From the NCBI GenBank assembly GCA_965261735.1, contig OZ253470.1, positions 576,001 to 640,000 on the forward strand: 64,000 nucleotides of DNA. The letters are read 5' to 3'. Below, in pieces: positions 28,381 through 38,397 of this stretch (positions are counted from its first letter, which is position 1; each line of letters begins with the position of its first letter). The notes under the pieces were generated by a model, which ran no database searches, was not told the origin of the DNA, and worked only from the letters and a program-made list of their open reading frames with translations. Position numbers and translations under genes: made by a program. The stretch comes from Alphaproteobacteria bacterium. Lineage in GTDB: Bacteria; Pseudomonadota; Alphaproteobacteria; SHVV01.

Positions 28381-29357
28381 GTCCGTTTTCTCCACAGCAG
28401 GTAGCCGAAGCTCTCGCCCGAGACGGGGATCTCGCGGAGCGTCTCCCACAGCACCGAGGAGCGGCCCGTCGGGTTGCAGCCGGTGCGCGGCGTCGTGGCC
28501 GGGACCGGCTGGGTCATCTGCCAGCGGTACTGCGACTTCTTCATCACCGGCATCGGGTAGCGCCCGCAGAGCGCGGCGGATCCGGAAGTGCCCCAGGCGA
28601 GCCCGGCCCGGTGCAGCCGGTAGACCAGGCGTTGCGCGGCCAGGAGCGAGGCCTGCACGCCACCGACATGGGCGGCGACGTTGCCGGTCAGCGGGTACAT
28701 CCCGCCCTGGCATCCCGCGCACCAGAACATCGGATCGAGCGGCAGCCCGGCCGAGGCCGCCGCGCAGTCGGCGGCGCACGCGGCCTGCGCCGGGAGGTTG
28801 GCGAACAGCGCCGCCTCCGGGTTCAGCAGGAACGAGAGCTCGTCGTCGAGCCAGGCCGGGTCGAGCTCCGAGGTCCAGGCGATGTCGAGCGAGCCGCCCT
28901 CGAGACACCCGAGATCGATCAGCGCCCCGATCCACGAGAGCAGCGGATAGACGTAGTAGTGCGCGTGCCAGACCGAGCCCGCCGCGCCGTCGCCGCCCGA
29001 GGATCCGGTGCGGCCCCTTGCAGCGGGAAGGCCGGGATCGATGGTGAGCCCGCCCAGGTTGGGGAAGCACCAGGGTGTGCGCGTCACGTCCATCAGCCGG
29101 GCCGGCTCCCACACCCCGAGCGAGAGCCCGATGCGCGGGATCGGCGAGCCGCAGAAGCAGATCGGCGAGGACGGGTTCGGCGTGTCCGGCGCGCCCGAGG
29201 CGCTGCCCATCCGGATCGGGCCGATCGAGATCGGGAACAGGCACTCCCAGCAGACGTCCGAGATCGGGTTGACGAACCGCCCGGTGCAGGACTGCGCCGA
29301 GACCGTCCCGGCCGGAAGCGCCGCGAACAGCATGAGCGCGAACAGGAGCCGGCTCAT
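28365..29357 (-). CDS. traU: TraU
   Basis: FVNPISDVCWECLFPI, WEP, WCAGCQG, WRKRTCC. Confidence 0.95.
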   Translation of the reverse strand: MSRLLFALMLFAALPAGTVSAQSCTGRFVNPISDVCWECLFPISIGPIRMGSASGAPDTPNPSSPICFCGSPIPRIGLSLGVWEPARLMDVTRTPWCFPNLGGLTIDPGLPAARGRTGSSGGDGAAGSVWHAHYYVYPLLSWIGALIDLGCLEGGSLDIAWTSELDPAWLDDELSFLLNPEAALFANLPAQAACAADCAAASAGLPLDPMFWCAGCQGGMYPLTGNVAAHVGGVQASLLAAQRLVYRLHRAGLAWGTSGSAALCGRYPMPVMKKSQYRWQMTQPVPATTPRTGCNPTGRSSVLWETLREIPVSGESFGYLLWRKRTCCLL

Positions 29358-29995
29358 GGCTCGCCGTCCCTGTTCGCGAGCGGGATCTCGGTGATGCGGA
29401 GCTTCGATCCCGCCTGCTCGACCAGGCTCGGCGTTGCAGTGAGCCCGAACCGGCCCGCGAGACGCCCGCCCTGGTCGAAGAAGAAGGGACGTCCTTCGGC
29501 GCGGGCGATGTCGAGCGGCCGCCCGGCGAGCAGGACGATCTTCGCGGGACCCGCGTGCGCGAGCGCCCAGGCGATTTCGACCTTGCGCCGTCCGTCGATG
29601 AACAGGAGATCGCGGGCGAGCGTCATGCCGGCCAGCGGGTCGATACGCGTGCCGGCCGCCGCGATGAGGGTGCCGTCCGGAGAGCGGATATCGCGGTCGA
29701 CGACGATCGCCGGATCGAACAGGCGCGAACGGCGTTCCCGCGCCGGCGCGATCCCCGCGACCGGGTCCGGCGCCTCCAGCCGCGACCGGACACGGGCGCG
29801 AGCCTCCGCCTCCAGGCGCGCCAGCTCGCCCGACTCCCGCATCTCCGACAACCGGCCCTCGATCTGTTCGAGCAGGTCCGGCTCTGCAACCGGCCAGGTC
29901 TGGCCGCGCACGCCGAGGTCCGCCGCCGGCACGGCGGCCGGAGCGGCCACGACCGTCAGGACCGCGGCCGCGAGGATGGCGGCGCAGCGCGTCAT
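29354..29995 (-). CDS. traW: TraW
   Basis: DLGVRGQTWPVAEPDLL, FDP, FFDQGG. Confidence 0.92.
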   Translation of the reverse strand: MTRCAAILAAAVLTVVAAPAAVPAADLGVRGQTWPVAEPDLLEQIEGRLSEMRESGELARLEAEARARVRSRLEAPDPVAGIAPARERRSRLFDPAIVVDRDIRSPDGTLIAAAGTRIDPLAGMTLARDLLFIDGRRKVEIAWALAHAGPAKIVLLAGRPLDIARAEGRPFFFDQGGRLAGRFGLTATPSLVEQAGSKLRITEIPLANRDGEP

Positions 29996-30513
29996 CGCCC
30001 GTCCTCCGGTCCGACCAGCGGCCCTTCGAGGCCGAGCCAGGGGAGGTCCGGCAGCGCCACGGCAAAGGCCGCGATGCGATTGCGCGGCACGAGCCCGATC
30101 TCCGCATAGCGGCTGTCGTGGCTGTCGACGTGACCGCCGTGCAGGTAGTAGTGGCCGGTCGGCACGGTGCCGGGCGCGATGGAGTCCAGCGCCCGCCCGT
30201 CGAGGGCGCGGGGTTTGGCGATACCGAGCCGGACGCCGCCGACCGTCACCAGACCGTCCGCATCGACTTCGACGGCCATGCCCGGCAGGCCGCGCACGGT
30301 CTTCAGATACGGCACCGTGGCGCCCAGCGCCTCCGGCGGCTCGAACACCACCGCGTCGCCGATCTCCGGCGGGCCGATCAGCGGCAGCGCGAGATAGCCC
30401 CAGGCCCCGTCCGACCAGCTTGCGTTGACATGCACGCGCGACGCGGCGAGCAGCCAGAACGCCGCCAGCGCGGCCATCGCCGCAAGCCCGGCATGCCGGC
30501 GCCGCGCGGTCAT
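29992..30513 (-). CDS. S26-family conjugative signal peptidase (TrhF-like)
   Basis: NASWS (Ser), LKTVRGLPG (Lys), DSHDSRY. Confidence 0.88.
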   Translation of the reverse strand: MTARRRHAGLAAMAALAAFWLLAASRVHVNASWSDGAWGYLALPLIGPPEIGDAVVFEPPEALGATVPYLKTVRGLPGMAVEVDADGLVTVGGVRLGIAKPRALDGRALDSIAPGTVPTGHYYLHGGHVDSHDSRYAEIGLVPRNRIAAFAVALPDLPWLGLEGPLVGPEDGR

Positions 30514-30944
30514 GGCCCTGCCTCATCCGCGCCATCCGCATCGCCCGGGCGGGATGCAGCCAGCGCCGCCTCCAGCGCCGCCTCGACATGCGCGCTCATG
30601 TCCGGCGCCCCGGCGGCGACGGCACGGGCGGGCAGCAGCACCACGCCCTCGCGTTCCGCCACCATGGCCAGCGCACTCTCCAGCGCCGCGGCCCAGGCGC
30701 GCGCATCCGCCGCCGCATCCGCCGCCGTCGACTCCGTCCCGGCCGCCTCGACGGCCCAGGCGGCGGCGATCTCGCCGAGCCGCACGCTCGCGATCGCCGG
30801 CGCCTCCGGGGCGGAGAAGCGGACCGTCGCGGCCGAGACCGCCGCCGCCACCGCGCCCGAGAGCAGCACGGCCGACAGCATCACCGGCCAGGCGCCCGCG
30901 TCACGACGGGCCTCGCCGGGGACGTTCCCCTCTCCGCGCGCCAT
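30510..30944 (-). CDS. trbI: TrbI (F-type)
   Basis: Single TM segment; VVLLPARAVAAGAPDMS; position between traC and traW. Confidence 0.8.
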   Translation of the reverse strand: MARGEGNVPGEARRDAGAWPVMLSAVLLSGAVAAAVSAATVRFSAPEAPAIASVRLGEIAAAWAVEAAGTESTAADAAADARAWAAALESALAMVAEREGVVLLPARAVAAGAPDMSAHVEAALEAALAASRPGDADGADEAGP

Positions 30945-30945
30945 C

Positions 30946-31617
30946 TCAGGCCCCCGCCGCATCCGGCGTGCCGGCCTCGCCGGCCTTCCCCGACGTCTTC
31001 CCGCCCGGGTCCCCAACCGGGGGGCGGTCCCCGGCGAGCGCCCGGAACCGGGCCAGCCAGGCCTGCGCCGCGCGCTCGGGCGCGATGCTGCGGATGCGGC
31101 GCTTCAGCGGCGGGAACGCGATCCCGGAATTGGCGGACGCCTCGTCCCCGAGCAGGTCGCGGCTCTCCGCCGCGGCCGCCATGCGGCCGACGAAGCGCAG
31201 CACCTCCGCCTGCTCCTCGTCGAGCGCCGCGCTTAAGCCCGCCGCCTCGCGCACCGCGGCCTCGATGCCGGCCGCGAGGCGCGCCGTGCGGTCGGCGGCC
31301 CGGGCCGAGACCGTCCATTCGCCGCGGAACCAGGCGGACGCGGCGCCCGAGACCAGCGCGTGCAGCGCCAGCGTGCGCCGGTCCTCCTCCGAAAGCCCGC
31401 CCAGCGCCCCGATCTCCTCGCTCACGATCACCGCATGCGCCGCCAGCGAGTGGTAGTGCCGCATCCGCCCGCCCCGGCGGCAGCAGTTGGCGAGCACGTG
31501 GGCCAGCGCCTCGAAGTCGATATCCGTGACCGTCACGGTCTCCGGGTCGTCGGGCCAGGCGAGCGCGGCCTCGCCGGTCGCGCCCGGCCCGCTGCGGTCT
31601 CCTCGTTTCGATGTCAT
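30946..31617 (-). CDS. Degenerate HD-fold (YfbR/YfdR-like) protein
   Basis: IDFEALAHVLANCCRRGG..HSLAAHAVIVS matches the family N-terminus, but the expected LLHD reads LVSG; ATGA overlap with traC. Confidence 0.7.
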   Translation of the reverse strand: MTSKRGDRSGPGATGEAALAWPDDPETVTVTDIDFEALAHVLANCCRRGGRMRHYHSLAAHAVIVSEEIGALGGLSEEDRRTLALHALVSGAASAWFRGEWTVSARAADRTARLAAGIEAAVREAAGLSAALDEEQAEVLRFVGRMAAAAESRDLLGDEASANSGIAFPPLKRRIRSIAPERAAQAWLARFRALAGDRPPVGDPGGKTSGKAGEAGTPDAAGA

Positions 31618-34157
31618 GCGCCGTCTCCCTTCCCGTGCGTGGTCGTTTCTTCGCGTTCCGGAGCCGTGCTCCCGGCGATCCGGTCGATGGCCTCCACCGT
31701 GGTGAGCCCCTCCGCCTTGAGGGTCTCGACGGCGGCGAAGGCGGGGCCGCGCGAGGAGAACAGCGCCGCCGACCATCGATCGAGCACGAGGCGCGCGACG
31801 CGCCAGCCGTCCGGGCCGTGCAGCACCAGCTCGGCATAGCGCCCGTCGGCGGTGGTGAGACTCTTCAAGGCCCGCTCCATGCCGGGATCGCAGTGGATGC
31901 GCTTCTCGGCCTTCAGCAGCTCGACGGACTCGTCCTTCTGCGCCAGGAAGATCACCCAGTCCGAGTTCTCCCAGGCCGCCCGCGCGGCGGGATTGGCGTA
32001 GTAGTCGTTGACGCTCTGGGTGCCGGTCACCAATGCGCCGCGGTATTTGCGGGCGCGCCGCGCCGCGCCTTCGAGGAACGCCTTGCTGTCCTCGCCCGAG
32101 AGCAGGTCCCAGGCCTCGTCGATGACGATCGCCTTCGCCCTGGTGCGGGGGCCGTGATACATGCGCTGGGTGGCGAGGAAGACCACCAGCATCAGCACCA
32201 CGCCCTGGACGTCGCCGCGCCCCTTGAGCTCGGCGAGCTCGAACACGGTGAGCGCGTTCTCCAGATCGGGCACATCGGTGCCGGCGAACAGCCGCCCCAT
32301 GGCGCCGCCGGGGCACCAGGGGCCGAGCGCGGTGCCCATGTCCTTCGCCCGGCGGTCGTCGCGGGCTTCGAGATGCGTGCGCACCGTGCCGAGATCGGCG
32401 CCGTTGCCGGCCTCGTCCCAAGCCGCCGCGATCGCGCCGTCGATCAGCGCCGCCTCGATATCGTCGATGGCGCCGCGGCGCCGGCACATGCGCCCGATCA
32501 CGCCGGCCAGCATGGCGAAGCATTCCTCGCGGTAGTCGCCGTCGCGATTGGCGGTCCCGGCGTCGATCATCGCGAAGGGGTTGAGTGTCGCCGGGTCCTT
32601 GCCGAAGGCGATGAAGGCGCCGCCGAGGGCTTCCGCCGTGTGCTGGAACGAACGCCCGTCGTCGATCACGACGGCCTCGCCGCCGGCGCCGATCAGCCCG
32701 GTCACCAGCTCCTGCATCAGCACCGACTTGCCGGAGCCCGACTTCCCCGTGACCGCGACGTTGTAGTTGCCGGCCTCGTTGGCGAAGGGCGACCAGCAGG
32801 CCGGCTGGCCGCGGCGCCCGATCAGGAAGAGGGCGGGCGGGTTGTCCGGGTTCATCGGCTGGCCGCGCCACTCGCCATGCACCGGCGCGAGGTTGACGGC
32901 CGACGCGGTGAGCAGCGTCTTCATGCGGCCCATGCGTTCGAGATCGGCGTCGAGGCCTCCGGCGGACGCCATCGGCAGGCAGGCGAGCCAGGAGGGGAGC
33001 TGGACGTAGCGCTCGGCGTTCACCCGCCAGCCCTGGCCGTGATAGATCGCGCGCACCGCCTGCTCGGCCTCGTCGAGCGCATCGAGCGGCGCATAGACCG
33101 CGACCGTGTAGCAGGCCCGGACCAGCCGCTCGCCGTCCTTCAGCCGCTCGGTCACCGTCTGCCAGTCGCGCGCCTTCTCGGGCAGGCCGGGGAGGTAGCG
33201 CGCGATACCGGTGCCGGCCTGCTGAATCGCGCGCGCCGACTTGAGGAAGGCCTTCTCGCCCGCCGCCTCGTCGCCGGTCGTCACGGTCAGGGTCGTCAGC
33301 ACCGGGCAGCCCGGCTGGAGGAAGTCGCGGTGGAAATCGCCGATCAGCGCGTTGCCGCGCCAGCCCGGCCAGACCTCCGGGAACGCGACGGCCGACAGGA
33401 TCCGCACGGCGACGTCTTCCCCATCCGCGCCGTGGAAGGTGAGGCCGGTCGGCGCCACGGTGAGCGCGCGGCCGGGAGCGATGCACTGCTCATGGATCGG
33501 ATCGCGCGGCGACCAGCGCCTCACCGGGCGCCGCGTCCCCCCGTCGCGTTCTCCATGGATGTCGGGGACGGTGAGCTCGGCCGCGAGCGACAGCAGCGCG
33601 TCCGGCTCCAGCCGCCGCGCATGGGCGCCGGCCGAGGCGAGCGTGCCTTCGAGCGCCCGGCGGAAGGCCCCGAGAGACGTCTCGGCGGCCGGGCCGGGAC
33701 CGCCCGCGAGGCAGGCAGTGACGAACACCCGGTAGTCGCTGAGCGTGAAGGGCGGCCCGCCGCCATGCAGCTTGCGCCAGCCGCCGCGGCTGAGAAGCTC
33801 GCCGCGCCGCGCGCCCATCCGCGCGAGCGCGCCGCCGGCGCCGGCGCGCGGCTCGGCCCAGGCGTCGCAGGCCGCGCCGAAGCGCGGGCTCGCCCAGTGG
33901 ATCACCTGCACCGTGCAGCGCTCGGGCGCGGCATCGGCGAGCGTGCCCGACAATGCCCCCAAGGTCTCGGCGTCGATGCCCGCGAAGGGCGGCAGTTCGA
34001 CGACGAAGCCGGTGCTGGCGGCGTTGACGTAGAGCTCGCTCGATTCGTCCCATGCGCGCCAGGGCAGCAGGGAATGGAGCGCCGCCGGCATCGCGGGCGG
34101 CATCCAGGGACCGGGCGCCTCCGGCCCCTCGAACAGCTCCAGCAGCCGGCCGATCAC
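31614..34157 (-). CDS. traC: VirB4-like ATPase TraC
   Basis: Walker A GKSGSGKS, IDEAWDLL, ARRARKY. Confidence 0.95.
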   Translation of the reverse strand: MIGRLLELFEGPEAPGPWMPPAMPAALHSLLPWRAWDESSELYVNAASTGFVVELPPFAGIDAETLGALSGTLADAAPERCTVQVIHWASPRFGAACDAWAEPRAGAGGALARMGARRGELLSRGGWRKLHGGGPPFTLSDYRVFVTACLAGGPGPAAETSLGAFRRALEGTLASAGAHARRLEPDALLSLAAELTVPDIHGERDGGTRRPVRRWSPRDPIHEQCIAPGRALTVAPTGLTFHGADGEDVAVRILSAVAFPEVWPGWRGNALIGDFHRDFLQPGCPVLTTLTVTTGDEAAGEKAFLKSARAIQQAGTGIARYLPGLPEKARDWQTVTERLKDGERLVRACYTVAVYAPLDALDEAEQAVRAIYHGQGWRVNAERYVQLPSWLACLPMASAGGLDADLERMGRMKTLLTASAVNLAPVHGEWRGQPMNPDNPPALFLIGRRGQPACWSPFANEAGNYNVAVTGKSGSGKSVLMQELVTGLIGAGGEAVVIDDGRSFQHTAEALGGAFIAFGKDPATLNPFAMIDAGTANRDGDYREECFAMLAGVIGRMCRRRGAIDDIEAALIDGAIAAAWDEAGNGADLGTVRTHLEARDDRRAKDMGTALGPWCPGGAMGRLFAGTDVPDLENALTVFELAELKGRGDVQGVVLMLVVFLATQRMYHGPRTRAKAIVIDEAWDLLSGEDSKAFLEGAARRARKYRGALVTGTQSVNDYYANPAARAAWENSDWVIFLAQKDESVELLKAEKRIHCDPGMERALKSLTTADGRYAELVLHGPDGWRVARLVLDRWSAALFSSRGPAFAAVETLKAEGLTTVEAIDRIAGSTAPEREETTTHGKGDGA

Positions 34158-34759
34158 CGGAGCCTCCAGCCGGCCGGCTCCAGCACCGCGCGGACATGGA
34201 AGGCCTCGCGGTAGACGCCGTCGGCATCGACGAAGGGCGCGATCCAGATGCGCCCCACGACCTCGCCGGTGCGCAGATCGTCGTCGGCGGAATCGGCAGA
34301 GGCCGGAAGCGTGTCCGGTTCGGGCGGCAGGACCGGGGTTTGGGCGACGGGCGTCGCGGCGGCGGTGTCCGGAACCGGCGCCGGGGTCTCCGGAGCGGGG
34401 CCGGCATCCTCGTGCCGCGCCCCGTCATCGCCGCCACCGAACAGCCGCGCGAGCCAGGCGAAGGGATCGAACCCGCCGCATCCGGCGTCGCAGCGCCGCG
34501 CCGGCGGTGCCTCGGGCCGTTCCGCGCCGCGCACCTCGTAGAGGGGTTTGCGGCGCACGGGTTTCCGTGCCGCCGCGTCCGGCACGGCCGGATCGGCGGC
34601 GGCGACGCTGTCGCAGGACCCGCCCTGCGCCAGCGGGCACTGCCAGGACTCGCCGACATGGGTCGCCGAGCAGCCCGCCAGCGCGAAGGCGCCGAGAACG
34701 ATCGCGACCGAAGCCGCCGGGACCGGCACGATCCGGTTACCCAAGATTGAATCCGTCAT
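34154..34759 (-). CDS. traV: Lipoprotein TraV
   Basis: Lipobox LAGC, paired Cys, RIWIAPFVDADG. Confidence 0.9.
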   Translation of the reverse strand: MTDSILGNRIVPVPAASVAIVLGAFALAGCSATHVGESWQCPLAQGGSCDSVAAADPAVPDAAARKPVRRKPLYEVRGAERPEAPPARRCDAGCGGFDPFAWLARLFGGGDDGARHEDAGPAPETPAPVPDTAAATPVAQTPVLPPEPDTLPASADSADDDLRTGEVVGRIWIAPFVDADGVYREAFHVRAVLEPAGWRLR

Positions 34760-34760
34760 G

Positions 34761-36083
34761 TCACTTGTCTCCCTGGGTGGGTTGGGCGGCGCCGCCGTCG
34801 GACCGGGGCGTTCCCCCGATGCGGGCGCCTTCGAGGAACACCAGCGTCACCCGGGTCCCGGCCCGGAGCTGGATCACCGGCTGGTACTGCTCGGCGCGGC
34901 GGATCATGTAGTCGGCGACCTTCTGCCCGGCCGAGGACGCTCCGGCGCCGAGCCCGGCCCGGCCGATATCCCCGAGCCCGGTATTGGCGGCCGACGCCGC
35001 GCCGCCGGTGGCGACGGCCTGCGGCTGGAAGGCGCTCGCGACGCCCTGGCCGATGCCCGACACCATGCCGGCGAGGAACGCCTTCTCGACCAGCGCCCCC
35101 TCGCGGCTCACCACCGGGCCGCGCACCCCGGTCTTGCCGGAGCCCGCCACGAACCCCGCCACCTCGGTCTCGATCACCGAGCCGGGACGCTCCCCCGAGC
35201 CGGGCGCGGCGCAGGTCATGGTCCTGAGCCTCGCGTAGATCTTCTCCGAGGAGAGGTCGCCGTGCGCCGCCCCGGTCACGGTGCAGCCGGCGATGTCGAC
35301 GCTGAGCGCCGTCCCGTCCGCCGAACCGGATGGCGCCGCGGTCCAGGCCGGGCCGGTGATGCGGAACAGCACCGGGCGCGGATCGCCCTGCGACGAGACC
35401 CCGGCCGAGGCGTCGACGCCGGCCAGCACGATCGCCTCGGCATGGGCGCCCGCCGGCAGCCACGCGGCCACGGATTTCTCGAGCGCACCGGCGACGGTCT
35501 CCGCCCCCGAGCGCGGCCCGGCCCCCGAACTCCCGGGACCGCCCTCCAGCTCGAAGGTCTCGATCAGCGGCGCCGGCGCAACCGGCGCCGGGGCGCGCGC
35601 CGCGCCCGAGGGCGAGGTGCCCGGCCCCCGGAAGTACGGATCCGCGCCCGGCGCGGCGCCCGTCGCCCCCTCCGGCGGCAGGACCGCCCGCAGCCGCCGT
35701 TCCAGCTCGTCCATCGCCGCTTTCTGCCGGTCGATCACGCCGCGCGCGTTCTCGGCATCGCCGACGAGACGCTCGCGCAGCCGCTCGTTCTCGGCCCCGA
35801 GCCGCCGCGCCTCGCCCTGCATCTCGCGCAGCCTGGTCTCGATGGCGCCGATCCGCGCCTCCGAGCGCCGGGTCCAGACCTTCTCGGCGGTGTCCGGCCC
35901 GGCGAGCTCGGCATCGATGCCGCCGGCCGGCGCCGGACCCTTGCCGCCGCCTGCGCTCAGCCAGACCGCCAGCACGATCAGCACCGCCGCGGCGATGACG
36001 GAGAACAGCACCAGCTGGCGCCGCCGCACCGCCTGCGCATCGCCGTCGGCCGCGCCCGCGCGGTTTCGGCCGGCGGCGCTCAT
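34761..36083 (-). CDS. traB: VirB10-like TraB
   Basis: TM segment, coiled coil, GDLSSEK, GVRGPVVSR, AEQYQPVI. Confidence 0.93.
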   Translation of the reverse strand: MSAAGRNRAGAADGDAQAVRRRQLVLFSVIAAAVLIVLAVWLSAGGGKGPAPAGGIDAELAGPDTAEKVWTRRSEARIGAIETRLREMQGEARRLGAENERLRERLVGDAENARGVIDRQKAAMDELERRLRAVLPPEGATGAAPGADPYFRGPGTSPSGAARAPAPVAPAPLIETFELEGGPGSSGAGPRSGAETVAGALEKSVAAWLPAGAHAEAIVLAGVDASAGVSSQGDPRPVLFRITGPAWTAAPSGSADGTALSVDIAGCTVTGAAHGDLSSEKIYARLRTMTCAAPGSGERPGSVIETEVAGFVAGSGKTGVRGPVVSREGALVEKAFLAGMVSGIGQGVASAFQPQAVATGGAASAANTGLGDIGRAGLGAGASSAGQKVADYMIRRAEQYQPVIQLRAGTRVTLVFLEGARIGGTPRSDGGAAQPTQGDK

Positions 36084-36916
36084 CGCGGCTCTCCCGCCGC
36101 CGCGGCCGCCGATACGGCCTCGGTGACCAGGACGGCGAGCCGCCCGCCCGAGGGGCCGGTGCCGCGCGGCGCCAGCCACACCGCCGCGACACGCGCACGG
36201 CCTTCGCCGCCGAACCTGGTCCCGGCGAGGGCCGCCAGGTCACGCGCATCGGTACCCGTGGCCGGGCCGGTGCCCGCGTTCGGGCCGGTGCCCGCGCTCG
36301 GGTCGCTGCCGGCCTCGACCACATGCGCCGCGAAGCGCGGCCCCCGCCAGGTCTCGATGACCGCGCGGCCATCCGAAGCCTCTCCGCCCCCCGGAACGAT
36401 CTCGTATCCGGGCAGCACCTCGCGCCGCGCCACGGCGCGCACCAGCCGCACCAGCGCCGCCACCCGGGGATCGCTCGCCCCGGCCGCCCCTGTCCAGGGC
36501 GCCGCCGCAACGTCGGCGTTGCGGATCAGGATCTGCGCCGAGTCCCGCACCGTGGGGGTAAGGGTCAGCCGGTAGGTGAAGCCCCGCTCGGTGCCGATGA
36601 AGAGCGTGACGGGGCCGTATGCCGCCCCCGGCCCACCCGCCGGCGCCAGCGGCCTCAGATAGAGATCGCCGCTCTCGGGGTCGTGCTCGACGGCGAAGCC
36701 GCCGGGGCTGCGGATCACCCGCTTGATGCGGTCGCCGCCGAGCGCGATGCGGCTCACGTCCCGCGCCGAGATCTCGCCCGCCAGCTCGCCGTGGTCGGTC
36801 GCCTCCAGGATCTGCATCGCCCGCGCCGGCGGCACGGTAGTGGCGAGCGCGGCCGCACAGACCAGCAGTGCCAGCAGCGCGGCCGTGCCGGTGCGCCCGA
36901 TCGTGTTCCGTGTCAT
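36080..36916 (-). CDS. traK: TraK
   Basis: Signal peptide, SRIALGGDRI, GDLYLRP, FIGTERGFTY. Confidence 0.88.
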   Translation of the reverse strand: MTRNTIGRTGTAALLALLVCAAALATTVPPARAMQILEATDHGELAGEISARDVSRIALGGDRIKRVIRSPGGFAVEHDPESGDLYLRPLAPAGGPGAAYGPVTLFIGTERGFTYRLTLTPTVRDSAQILIRNADVAAAPWTGAAGASDPRVAALVRLVRAVARREVLPGYEIVPGGGEASDGRAVIETWRGPRFAAHVVEAGSDPSAGTGPNAGTGPATGTDARDLAALAGTRFGGEGRARVAAVWLAPRGTGPSGGRLAVLVTEAVSAAAAAGEPR

Positions 36917-36918
36917 CG

Positions 36919-37470
36919 TCAGTCCTCCAGTTGTTCGAAGCGCAGCAGCCCGATGCGCCCGCCGTCGATGCGGAAGACGAGCCGGTAGCGCCGGTCCTGG
37001 CGCCCGGCCTCCTCGCGCCCGATCCAGGTCACGAGCTCGCCCGCGATCTCGACCGTGAGCCGCTCGGTGTCGGCCTCGATGCTCGCGGGATAGAAGGCGG
37101 TCGCCAGGTCGCGCCCCGCCATGCGGCTCGCTTCCGCCTCGACCCAGGCGCCGATCGCGCCGCGCGCCGAGGCGTGGCTCATGCGGGCGGCGGCCACGCG
37201 CACATGGCCCGCGTTCTCGGGCGTGAGCGTCAGCAGCGTCACCGCAGCGGTGCGCGCCATGTCCTCCAGATACCGGGCGCTTGCGCGGCCATCGCCCACT
37301 TCCCAGACCGGCCCCGACACCGCGGGCAGCAGCACCGTCGACGCCTCGCGAACGCTGAGCCCGACGCTGAGCGCCAGGTTGGCCGCCATCGAGAGCCCCA
37401 GCAGGGCCGACAGCGCGACCCGGATGTCGCGGGCGCGGCGGATGCCGGTCTCCATGAGCGCGCGTCTCAC
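36919..37470 (-). CDS. traE: TraE
   Basis: Single TM segment, YLEDMAR, LTLTPEN; position in operon. Confidence 0.87.
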   Translation of the reverse strand: MRRALMETGIRRARDIRVALSALLGLSMAANLALSVGLSVREASTVLLPAVSGPVWEVGDGRASARYLEDMARTAAVTLLTLTPENAGHVRVAAARMSHASARGAIGAWVEAEASRMAGRDLATAFYPASIEADTERLTVEIAGELVTWIGREEAGRQDRRYRLVFRIDGGRIGLLRFEQLED

Positions 37471-37480
37471 CGGTCCCGCC

Positions 37481-37774
37481 TCAGCCGACGAAGCGCCGGA
37501 GATGGCTCGCCGGCGTCGCCTTGAGACGCAGCACGAAGTCCGGCAGGAACCAGTAGAGCGCGTAGCGCGCGATGTTGGCGCCGCCGCCGCGCTTGACCCG
37601 GCGCAGCAGCAGCCAGCCGCCGACGCCGGCGATCAGCCCCGGCACGAACTGGTTGGCGGCAAGCCCGAGCAGGCCCGGGCCCATCAGCGCCGCCGCCTCG
37701 TCGACGGTCCAGAACAGCCAGCGTTCCGGATCGTCGAGGCGGCGGGGGATGGTGTGGCGCGCGGTGTCGTTCAC
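37481..37774 (-). CDS. traL: TraL
   Basis: IPRRLDDP..WTVDE, YWFLP, RRFVG. Confidence 0.92.
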   Translation of the reverse strand: MNDTARHTIPRRLDDPERWLFWTVDEAAALMGPGLLGLAANQFVPGLIAGVGGWLLLRRVKRGGGANIARYALYWFLPDFVLRLKATPASHLRRFVG

Positions 37775-37795
37775 GGTCCTGAATCCCCCGGGGCC

Positions 37796-38119
37796 TCAGA
37801 CGATCGCCGTGCCGACCAGGCCGGTGACGATGCCGGTGCCGGCGCCCGCCGCGATGCCCACCCCCACCGCGCCCATCAGCTGCATGGCGTTGAAACGCAG
37901 CACCGAGCCGACCAGCGCCGCGCCGACGGCGAGCGCCGCGGCGAGCTGCCCGCCGGTGCCGCCGACGATGTCCTGCACCGTATCCAGCGGATCGCCGAAG
38001 GTGTCGTCGGTGGTCGCGAGTGCCAGGTCCGCGCTGGCCAGCACGGCCGCGGCGGCCACCGCCGCGATCCGCACCGCGCCCGCGAGGCGGGCGCGCCGTT
38101 CCGTTGCCGCGCCCCTCAT
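37796..38119 (-). CDS. traA: Conjugative pilin TraA
   Basis: Leader peptide plus two hydrophobic helices, directly upstream of traL. Confidence 0.82.
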   Translation of the reverse strand: MRGAATERRARLAGAVRIAAVAAAAVLASADLALATTDDTFGDPLDTVQDIVGGTGGQLAAALAVGAALVGSVLRFNAMQLMGAVGVGIAAGAGTGIVTGLVGTAIV

Positions 38120-38397
38120 CGGGCCGCTCCCGGAGGGCGCGCCTGGCCGGGGCGCCTGCGCGCCGGCGGGGGCTCCCCCGGACCGGGGCAATCGCCGGTG
38201 CCGTCGTCCGAGGTGGACGCGCGGCGCCGCGTCAACGCCCAGGCGTCGAGGTCGGCCCGCAGGTACCGCACGCGGCCGCCGAAGCGGTGGAACACCGGCC
38301 CGCCGCCCCTCACCCGGTAGCGGTCCAGCGTGCGCGGCGAGACGCCGAGATAGTCGGCCGCCTCCCGCGTCGAGAAATAGGTCCGTTCTTCGTTCAT
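38116..38397 (-). CDS. HTH_17 / RdfS-like excisionase (recombination directionality factor)
   Basis: STREAADYLGVSPRTLDRYRVRGGGPVFHRFGGRVRYLRADLDAW..RRASTSD; GAGGAG RBS; first gene of the tra operon. Confidence 0.85.
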   Translation of the reverse strand: MNEERTYFSTREAADYLGVSPRTLDRYRVRGGGPVFHRFGGRVRYLRADLDAWALTRRRASTSDDGTGDCPGPGEPPPARRRPGQARPPGAAR

